Shown: one piece after another, positions 57,722-64,000 of the stretch
Layout: every line of letters starts with the position of its first letter
Position numbering within the stretch: position 1 is the stretch's first letter
From: an uncultured Candidatus Saccharibacteria bacterium
Lineage (GTDB): Bacteria > Patescibacteriota > Minisyncoccia > Phycocordibacterales > DAORIS01
DNA length: 64,000 bases
Direction: 5' to 3'
Assembly (NCBI GenBank): GCA_964644035.1
Contig: CAZXUH010000002.1
Location: 756 to 64,755, forward strand
The notes under the pieces: generated by a model
Told to the model about the DNA's origin: nothing
Database searches by the model: none
What the model saw: the letters and a program-made list of their open reading frames with translations, nothing else
Position numbers and translations under genes: made by a program

Positions 57722-58129
57722 ATGGACAGTTTGCAGGCAAAAGCTGCATTGGCGGGGCTTTTCTTTGGCTTATGGCCGCTTTTTATCAATAGAAGCGGAG
57801 TAGCGACCAATGTTTCTTCACCGATATTCAGCCTGATTGTACTTATTGCAGTAAGTCCACTTTTCTTCATGGATTATAGTTCGATCCGTGAAGCGAAGTG
57901 GGGGATGATTATTACGGCCGGCATACTCGGTGCACTGGGACTTCTGTTCTTCAATAGCATGCTCGGCAAGGCCACACCCGAGAAAGTCGGACACTTGTTT
58001 GTGGTCATGGTGGTGGTCCAGGTCTGTATTCCAGCAATTTACAGCATCACCATAAATGGTGAATTGAATATCACTAAGATTGCAGGGTTTGTCGCAGCAC
58101 TCGTAGCTGCTATCTTGCTCCTTCGATAA
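57722..58129 (+). CDS. hypothetical 4-TM membrane protein
   Basis: 135 aa with four hydrophobic helices. Confidence 0.45.
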   Translation: MDSLQAKAALAGLFFGLWPLFINRSGVATNVSSPIFSLIVLIAVSPLFFMDYSSIREAKWGMIITAGILGALGLLFFNSMLGKATPEKVGHLFVVMVVVQVCIPAIYSITINGELNITKIAGFVAALVAAILLLR

Positions 58130-58136
58130 CCCCAAT

Positions 58137-58171
58137 CCGTCTTCTTACAAAAATATGAAGACGGTTTTTTT
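58137..58171. terminator. Rho-independent terminator
   Basis: CCGTCTTC...GAAGACGG followed by TTTTTTT. Confidence 0.7.
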
Positions 58172-59603
58172 ATTTACTCACTGTGAAAAAAGATTCTCGG
58201 CTTTGTACTGTTCGGGTACACATATCACGATATTCTTTTGGAGTAATTTCACATAGTTTTTGTCCAGCAGACAAAGATCCTTCTTGATTCATATACATAC
58301 TCACTATTCCTGAAACGCATGATTCTTGATCGAGATATGAACCAGCTTCTTTGCATATAGAAAAAACATTGGCCGGATTGTTCATATTTCGCTTTATTGC
58401 TTCTGTGCCGACGCCTCTAATACATGTAGATTTGTATCCTGTTTCTGCTTTTTCACATTCTTTTAAGATAGTAGAAAAATCTTTGCCAGAAGTTTGTGAA
58501 AGATAGGTTGGAATATATACATAGCAATCATTTTTGGCAGTCTTTCTTGTCGAACACGTCAGGAATGGATTTTCTGGATTCACAAATTCTTTTTCTTTGG
58601 CAAGAATTTCTAGATTGAACACTTCCATATACACTCCGTTCTGACAGCTTTCAATAGCTTCATTTCCTTTGAGACCATCGCTACAGAGTTTCAGCGATGC
58701 ATCGAGATCTCCACCAGTCAGATACATAAAGCCGTGGCCAATACCATGGTGACATTGCCATAGATCGAAGGGTCTTTTACCTGCGCCATATTCATTGCAT
58801 TGAGCGCTCAGATTGGCGAGGGGATCTTCTGCAGACTTAAAATAGGCCTCAAATAGGCCGTGAATATAGCCAGAATTGCAGAAATCTTCCTGAAACTTTA
58901 CTGCTTCCTTGAAACTGCCGTATTTGTCGTATGCAGTATGTCCTATGACATGCAACATATCGTGACAGAGCGACATAGTCTGACTATTTTCCAAAGATTC
59001 TTCTTTTAATACATGAATTGCTTCATCCGGGTCTTGATCGGTAACTATTTTTTCAAAACGATTTTTCAGATCTGTGTAAAATTGCGTGTTTGTAGCACCA
59101 GATTTTAAAGCAGTACTTTCTTTGGGTTTGATAATAAATATTTTCTTAAGACAGTCTAAAATAATTTGAAAAATACTTCTGCCGATATTTATTTCTCCTT
59201 TATATTGCGGCCATAGATGATCGTGCAGGGAATAGGTTCCAGCTTTTTCAAAAACAAATGACCATGATTGTCCGCTTGGAATGGGTTTGCAGGCATCAAA
59301 AGAAGTAGAGTTGTGCGATGCACAGTGTTCTTCAAGACTGGTGCCGTCATAGAGTGTGTGACTTGGATGATCGTCCGATGCAGGCCAGCGATCTTCTGTG
59401 CTCGTATTTTCAAAAATAACTTTGGTACCAATCTTCACTTTTATTTTGCTCGGTTCAAAACCCTTTTCACTCATATGAATAGTGACTGCATTTTCTTCCA
59501 CACTTTCATGGGCAGATACGTTTACTATCTGAAAGCAGAATAAAAATAGTACACACACTGCTATTTTCAAAAGAAATATTTTGTTGAGAGGATAGAGTCT
59601 CAT
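58170..59603 (-). CDS. secreted Cys-rich protein with N-terminal cupredoxin-like domain
   Basis: Signal peptide. Residues ~45-140 (...VTIHMSEKGFEPSKIKVKIGTKVIFEN...HPSH...C...GTYSLHDHLWP...) resemble a cupredoxin fold. The following ~340 aa contain many Cys. Confidence 0.5.
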   Translation of the reverse strand: MRLYPLNKIFLLKIAVCVLFLFCFQIVNVSAHESVEENAVTIHMSEKGFEPSKIKVKIGTKVIFENTSTEDRWPASDDHPSHTLYDGTSLEEHCASHNSTSFDACKPIPSGQSWSFVFEKAGTYSLHDHLWPQYKGEINIGRSIFQIILDCLKKIFIIKPKESTALKSGATNTQFYTDLKNRFEKIVTDQDPDEAIHVLKEESLENSQTMSLCHDMLHVIGHTAYDKYGSFKEAVKFQEDFCNSGYIHGLFEAYFKSAEDPLANLSAQCNEYGAGKRPFDLWQCHHGIGHGFMYLTGGDLDASLKLCSDGLKGNEAIESCQNGVYMEVFNLEILAKEKEFVNPENPFLTCSTRKTAKNDCYVYIPTYLSQTSGKDFSTILKECEKAETGYKSTCIRGVGTEAIKRNMNNPANVFSICKEAGSYLDQESCVSGIVSMYMNQEGSLSAGQKLCEITPKEYRDMCTRTVQSRESFFTVSK

Positions 59604-59625
59604 TACAAATAGATAGTAGCATTAA

Positions 59626-59657
59626 ATAAAAAATCCCCCGAGATACATCTCGGGGGA
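59626..59657 (-). terminator. Rho-independent terminator for the Gly-rich protein gene
   Basis: On the minus strand: TCCCCCGAGA-tgta-TCTCGGGGGA followed by TTTTTTATTT. Confidence 0.6.
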
Positions 59658-59685
59658 GTAGAACCGGCACCCTCAGCCGGAATTA

Positions 59686-60315
59686 TTATCGATGCTGATG
59701 TGGGGAGTATGTGCTGCGCTGATACTGAGGAACCATTCGCCAGCGTTTGTCGGCAGTCATGCCGCCGCTTGTTTGTCCGTGCATGCCGTAGACTGAATCA
59801 CGCCGATCGGAATTGTAGGTCGGGGCGCCTGTCATGCCTTGGCCGCGATAGCCGGCATTGATGCCGTGGTTATATCGCGATCGAATGACTGAATCGTAGC
59901 CGCTTTGTCCGCTGTTGTACTGGAATGCGACTTCGGCTTTGACATAATAGAAGCGTCCGTAGTACACGGGCTGGTCGGCGCGCAGGATGTAGGTGTACTG
60001 ACCGCCCATTTCATAGGACGGTCCGTACTGCCGGTCTGAGTATTGGTAGCGGTAATCGTAGGAATTGTAGGTTGGCTGGCCGGTGATACCACCATGCCCT
60101 CCGCGAATTCCCAGATTGCTGCCTCGCATTCCGGATCGGCTCGGTGTGATTCCACCCCGACTGCCGCGCATGCCGTCATTGTCGCCGGTGATACCACCGC
60201 GTCCGCCATCCATACCTTCCGCATAGACTGGGCGGTGCCACAGACTGAAGTTGATGAACAAATAGGCCGCTGCTGCCAAAATGAGCAGTTTTCGCATACA
60301 AAGAACTCCTTTCAA
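59686..60315 (-). CDS. secreted Gly/Tyr-rich repetitive protein
   Basis: Signal peptide, then degenerate G-M-R-G-S/G-G-I-T repeats and a Tyr/Gln-rich stretch. Confidence 0.45.
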   Translation of the reverse strand: MKGVLCMRKLLILAAAAYLFINFSLWHRPVYAEGMDGGRGGITGDNDGMRGSRGGITPSRSGMRGSNLGIRGGHGGITGQPTYNSYDYRYQYSDRQYGPSYEMGGQYTYILRADQPVYYGRFYYVKAEVAFQYNSGQSGYDSVIRSRYNHGINAGYRGQGMTGAPTYNSDRRDSVYGMHGQTSGGMTADKRWRMVPQYQRSTYSPHQHR

Positions 60316-60409
60316 TGTAGCAGTGCACCATGCATTGCTGTATTAATATAATAACATACTTTTACTATAAAATCAAGACATCTCAGCGCATATATGCTAT
60401 AGTAGTTTT

Positions 60410-61141
60410 GTGAAAAGCAAAGCCCAAAATATATCTATTATTTACGAAGACGAATCGGTGGTGGTCATCAATAAACCAGCCGGTCTTGTCGTACATGCCG
60501 ACGGACGTACTGAAGAGAAAACGCTTGTCGATTGGATTATGGAAAAATATCCTGAAGCAAAAGAAGTCGGCGAACCGATCACCACAGCATCAGGTCAAAC
60601 TATTTATCGTCCAGGGATCGTGCACAGACTCGACCGAGATACATCGGGCGTAATGATCGTCGCAAAAAACAATGATGCATTTAGATTTTTAAAATCACAA
60701 TTCCAAAATCGAGAGACAAAAAAGATATACCGGGCCTTTGTCTACGGCGTCGTGACAGATAATGATGGTATTATCGATCGACCAATCGCTCGAAGCAGAA
60801 AAGATTTTAGACTCTGGTCTGCTCAGCGCGGTGCGAGGGGAGAGACGCGCGATGCAGTGACACATTTCAAGGTTCTTGAGCGCGGCAATGATGCTACATA
60901 TATAGAAGCTGTGCCCAAAACCGGCCGAACACATCAGATCAGGGTGCATTTCAAAGCTATCAATCATCCAGTGGTGTGTGATCCACTCTATGCTCCGAAA
61001 AAGGAAACAATTCTAGGTTTTGAGCGTTTGGCTCTCCATTCGTACCAATTGACCATTACCTTGCCCAATGACGAGGAAAAGACCTTTGTTGCGCCGTTGC
61101 CTAAGGATTTTATAGGGGCGGAAAAGTTGCTAAAGGCCTAA
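60410..61141 (+). CDS. RluA-family pseudouridine synthase
   Basis: Catalytic ...HRLDRDTSGVMIVAKN... motif and ...GRTHQIRVH.... 243 aa; no S4 domain. Confidence 0.8.
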   Translation: MKSKAQNISIIYEDESVVVINKPAGLVVHADGRTEEKTLVDWIMEKYPEAKEVGEPITTASGQTIYRPGIVHRLDRDTSGVMIVAKNNDAFRFLKSQFQNRETKKIYRAFVYGVVTDNDGIIDRPIARSRKDFRLWSAQRGARGETRDAVTHFKVLERGNDATYIEAVPKTGRTHQIRVHFKAINHPVVCDPLYAPKKETILGFERLALHSYQLTITLPNDEEKTFVAPLPKDFIGAEKLLKA

Positions 61142-61167
61142 GGCTGTGGTAGATTGGTCTTCACGTC

Positions 61168-61593
61168 ATGAATACTTCAGTAAAAATTTCATCAGTAAAT
61201 ATCGATGCCCGAAAGAGCCTCGATCTTCGCGCAGGAGACACCGTCAAGGTATTCCAGAAGATCAAGGAAGGCGATAAGACCCGAACGCAGGTGTTCGAAG
61301 GTCTTGTACTTGCTCGTAAGCATGGCACGGAAGCTGGTGCGACATTCACTGTCCGAAAAGTTGCCTCAAACGTCGGTGTTGAACGTATCTTTCCCCTCTA
61401 CTCTCCAGCTATTGAAAAGATCGAAGTGGTAAAGCGAGTAAAAGTCCGCCGAGCAAAGCTCTATCACGTACGAGAAAAGGCTGCCAAGGAAATCCGCCGC
61501 GAAATGCGCCGAGAACTCACGAAGCCAGATTTTGTAGACGAAAAGGTAATTGCTCCAAAAGAAGAAGTCGCAGCGACAGCAGAAACAAAATAA
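61168..61593 (+). CDS. rplS: 50S ribosomal protein L19
   Basis: ...[31 protein letters not shown]...TFTVRKV...[11 protein letters not shown]... is canonical L19. Confidence 0.9.
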   Translation: MNTSVKISSVNIDARKSLDLRAGDTVKVFQKIKEGDKTRTQVFEGLVLARKHGTEAGATFTVRKVASNVGVERIFPLYSPAIEKIEVVKRVKVRRAKLYHVREKAAKEIRREMRRELTKPDFVDEKVIAPKEEVAATAETK

Positions 61594-61595
61594 CA

Positions 61596-61619
61596 AAAAG
61601 AGGCCCCGGCCTCTTTTTG
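61596..61619 (+). terminator. Rho-independent terminator after rplS
   Basis: AAAAGAGGCC-cc-GGCCTCTTTTT. Confidence 0.75.
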
Positions 61620-61781
61620 ATTTATCTTAGACCCCCTCCGCCCCAATATAATTGGAGGCACCTCCCCCTTGATAAGGGGGAGGAAAATACAAAAGAAAGT
61701 TGAAAATTGGCCGCATTTCGGCTATAGTTCAGCGGCAAGTAGAGATTCACCTTCGCTCCTGTGGAGCTATGGTGGATAAAT

Positions 61782-61865
61782 ATGCGCAGGTGGCGAAATT
61801 GGTAGACGCACTACCTTGAGGTGGTAGCGCCCGCAAGGGTATGGAAGTTCGAGTCTTCTCCTGCG
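61782..61865 (+). tRNA. tRNA-Leu (anticodon GAG), class II
   Basis: Acceptor GCGCAGG/CCTGCGC, anticodon stem CTACC/GGTAG with loop TTGAGGT, a long variable arm, and T-loop TTCGAGT. Confidence 0.85.
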
Positions 61866-61956
61866 CACAAGTAGCATCAATAATTTTAATTAGCGATGTT
61901 ATCACAAACAACGGGCGAACAGGCATTCGTCTGATCGCTCATTTGTTTGTAAGTAT

Positions 61957-62031
61957 GGTGGCTATAGTTTAGTGGTAAAACTCGGGTTTGTGGAACCCGT
62001 ATCGAGAGTTCGATTCTCTCTAGCCACCCCA
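61957..62031 (+). tRNA. tRNA-His (anticodon GUG) with G-1 and encoded CCA
   Basis: G-1 plus acceptor GTGGCTA/TAGCCAC, anticodon stem CGGGT/ACCCG with loop TTGTGGA, T-loop TTCGATT, and 3' CCCCA. Confidence 0.85.
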
Positions 62032-63615
62032 TCGTAGAAGAAGAGATGCAAAAGCTGCATTTCGTGCTTCTACTGTAAGGTATTTCTCTAGTTCCAACCG
62101 ACGATATTCAGCTTCAAGCTCTGGATAGGCTTTTTCTATTGGAATTAGCCAATCGTTCTTATGAATCCTCACTATTTTGTCTTTTATCGAAAAGTTCCAA
62201 CCAAGTGCAGAGAAGATCTCTCGTTTCTTCTCCAAGGTTCCCGAAGTGTAGTTCTCTCGGGCATAGCATGCAAAGTTAAAGGTCTTGTCGGTCAGTTCTA
62301 ACCATTTCTCTGCTCGGTTCTCTGTGGTGCGTAAATTGGCCTGCAACTTGGTTAGCTTATTCTTTAAATCGTCACGCTCCTTAACAAAGGTGGCATCATC
62401 AATTAATTCTCGGTAACGCATCTTGGTGAGCGTATCGATCTCTTTTTGAGTTTCGGCGACAGCTTTATGCTGCGTTTCGTAAACCTTGGTCCGATCTTCT
62501 ATTTCTTTGTCATTTTCTCGGTTAAGAATTTCTAATGCCCAGTCCTTGAATTTAGGGAGAATGGTGTAGCGTTCAAGTTCAATATCAACTTGCTGTTCTA
62601 GTTCACCAAGAGTAATAGGTTTTCGTTGCGTACAGCTGGTGCCTTTCTTGCGACGAGTGCAATGATAATAAACATACTTCTCAAATTTTCCTGTCTTCTT
62701 AACAAACTTTGTTTTCTCACTTGCGGTATACATTGAGCCGCATTCTTCACAGTAAATAAGACCGGTGTATGCAAACTCATGAGTCTGACTTCGTGGTTTA
62801 CCATTCCGGCCTAAGATTGCTTGGACCCGATCATATTCCTCAAGACTAACCATAGGCTTATGGTTGCCTTTATACAGCTTTCCAGCCCACTCAAACATAC
62901 CGGCGTAGAAGATATTGGTGAATATCTTATAAATCATGCTGTTAGCTAATTCGCCACCACCACTTCGTTTGGTTTTTGGAGTTCTAAAACCCCATTTATC
63001 ATTCGCAATCTTTAAAATCTGCGGAGGAGTGTAATTGCCGGTAAGCATTGTATCCCACATCTTTCGGACCAAATCAAAACGGTCCTTATCTTCGATAATT
63101 GTATGCTCAAGTTTGTCGTTCAAATATCCCATCGGGGCACGAGAGGGTAGCCAACCTCGATCAGCTTTTCCTTCCATGCCACGCCTACTATTTTTGCGGA
63201 GGTCGATAATGAATTGGTTAGCCATTCCGCTTTCAACATTGAAAAGGAGAACATTGTCATCAGGCAAATACTGACGATCAATAGTTTGAATACATTTTAA
63301 AATTCCTTGCTGCAACATCCAGCTGATAGTTCCGCTATCGATAGGGTTTCGAGAAAGACGATTGATTTGCCAGCAAAGAATGCCATCAGCTTCGCCTTTC
63401 TCAATGCGTTTGAGCATGTCATCAAACACTGGACGGCAATAAGGCTTCTTGGCTGATTTGGCTTCGGTTAAAACCTCCTTAATCGTAATACCAAGCGTGT
63501 TTGCCAGCTCCTTGAGTCGGTTTACTTGGTCCTCGATAGACTGGACCTGCCGATCCTCACTTTCAGAGGATTTTCTGGCGTATATGTAGAGTATCCGTGG
63601 TGTATTTTGGTTCAT
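62020..63615 (-). CDS. large serine recombinase (phage-integrase-type serine recombinase)
   Basis: N-terminal resolvase catalytic domain (...YARKSSESEDRQVQSIEDQ... with the catalytic Ser), recombinase domain, a zinc ribbon (CEECG...HCTRRKKGTSC), and a C-terminal coiled coil. The stop codon lies inside the tRNA-His 3' end. Confidence 0.85.
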   Translation of the reverse strand: MNQNTPRILYIYARKSSESEDRQVQSIEDQVNRLKELANTLGITIKEVLTEAKSAKKPYCRPVFDDMLKRIEKGEADGILCWQINRLSRNPIDSGTISWMLQQGILKCIQTIDRQYLPDDNVLLFNVESGMANQFIIDLRKNSRRGMEGKADRGWLPSRAPMGYLNDKLEHTIIEDKDRFDLVRKMWDTMLTGNYTPPQILKIANDKWGFRTPKTKRSGGGELANSMIYKIFTNIFYAGMFEWAGKLYKGNHKPMVSLEEYDRVQAILGRNGKPRSQTHEFAYTGLIYCEECGSMYTASEKTKFVKKTGKFEKYVYYHCTRRKKGTSCTQRKPITLGELEQQVDIELERYTILPKFKDWALEILNRENDKEIEDRTKVYETQHKAVAETQKEIDTLTKMRYRELIDDATFVKERDDLKNKLTKLQANLRTTENRAEKWLELTDKTFNFACYARENYTSGTLEKKREIFSALGWNFSIKDKIVRIHKNDWLIPIEKAYPELEAEYRRLELEKYLTVEARNAAFASLLLRWGG

Positions 63616-63621
63616 AGTAAT

Positions 63622-63996
63622 TTATCCGGCTGCACCTGCACTTATATCCTCGTCCCTGATGTCATTTAAGTAAAGAGGATTTGGGCCTTCTTCCGCTTTT
63701 TTCCGGTCTATTTCGTCTAACTCATCCCGTTTTTCACCGTTTTTTAACGGCTGGATGATATCAGAATTGTTATCATTAGCTTCCCGTAAATTTCCCGTAT
63801 TTACGGACTCAATGATATCAATATTGATACTACTCCGATCATCCTTTTTATCTCCATTATTTTCCCTAATTTGGTCTAATTTTCCCACAGACTCTGCTCG
63901 TCTCCAAGGTGGTACATGGTTCATATTGCCGGAAGGGTTGGGAATAGCAAGTTTCTGTCTTTTATTGATATTCATCTGGTCAGCCAGGGACCGCAT
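63622..63996 (-). CDS. hypothetical protein of the integrated element
   Basis: 124-aa ORF, acidic and low-complexity, upstream of the recombinase on the same strand. Its start is close to the window edge. Confidence 0.3.
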   Translation of the reverse strand: MRSLADQMNINKRQKLAIPNPSGNMNHVPPWRRAESVGKLDQIRENNGDKKDDRSSINIDIIESVNTGNLREANDNNSDIIQPLKNGEKRDELDEIDRKKAEEGPNPLYLNDIRDEDISAGAAG

Positions 63997-64000
63997 TCGG

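Larger units (their letters stand above)
61957..64000. mobile_element. left end of an integrated element inserted at tRNA-His (continues beyond the window)
   Basis: A serine-recombinase gene abuts and overlaps the 3' end of tRNA-His, and a degenerate tRNA-like fragment lies upstream (61719-61745). The right boundary is not in the window. Confidence 0.5.

Noticed and set aside
59686-60315. Repetitive GGN-rich DNA considered as a possible CRISPR-like or tandem-repeat array.
   Set aside because: The repeats are in-frame codon repeats of a Gly-rich secreted protein with a signal peptide. There is no regular repeat-spacer periodicity, and no CRISPR array appears anywhere in the window.
61719-61781. 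Attempt to fold a complete tRNA from the tRNA-like sequence upstream of tRNA-Leu.
   Set aside because: It has an acceptor/D-arm-like 5' part resembling tRNA-His but no T-arm or matching 3' acceptor strand. It is reported only as a degenerate fragment.

Overview
This 64 kb window looks like chromosomal DNA from a low-GC, gene-dense bacterium with a reduced genome. Many proteins are short versions of known families, Shine-Dalgarno sequences are weak, and TGA is a stop codon (dnaA ends ...ISC-TGA), so the standard code 11 applies. My inference is a Patescibacteria/CPR (Saccharibacteria-like) organism; that is not proven. The backbone is housekeeping: a 5'-truncated cca, xth, a Xer-type recombinase, rpsO, comM, pcrA, rsmA, polA, tsaE, ruvA, ruvB-yebC-ruvC, tyrS, a class A PBP, a Mur ligase, rpsT and rplS. 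The replication origin module is present (yidC-rnpA-rpmH on the minus strand facing dnaA-dnaN-DciA-like), with AT-rich intergenic regions carrying DnaA-box-like 9-mers. There is a type IV pilus set, with pilB at 35.9-37.6 kb and pilMNO at 53.1-55.3 kb. I found seven tRNAs by eye. The most notable locus is 12.6-25.6 kb: a monoderm/Gram-positive-type type IV secretion-like island. It contains a discoidin-domain secreted protein, a VirB6-like polytopic protein with a long charged tail, a VirB3-like protein, a VirB4 ATPase split into two ORFs, a VirB2-pilin-like protein with a Cys-rich C-terminal domain, and several secreted proteins. No VirD4 or relaxase is visible. The right end of the window (61.7-64 kb) is the start of an integrated element: a large serine recombinase gene whose stop codon overlaps the 3' end of tRNA-His, preceded by tRNA-Leu and a degenerate tRNA-like fragment. 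Other oddities are GC-rich lipoprotein and secreted-protein islets, a SWIB-domain protein, a very acidic 87-aa protein, structured intergenic regions that could be ncRNAs, and unlisted small genes (rpmH and a 59-aa basic protein). No CRISPR array and no clear defence system were found.
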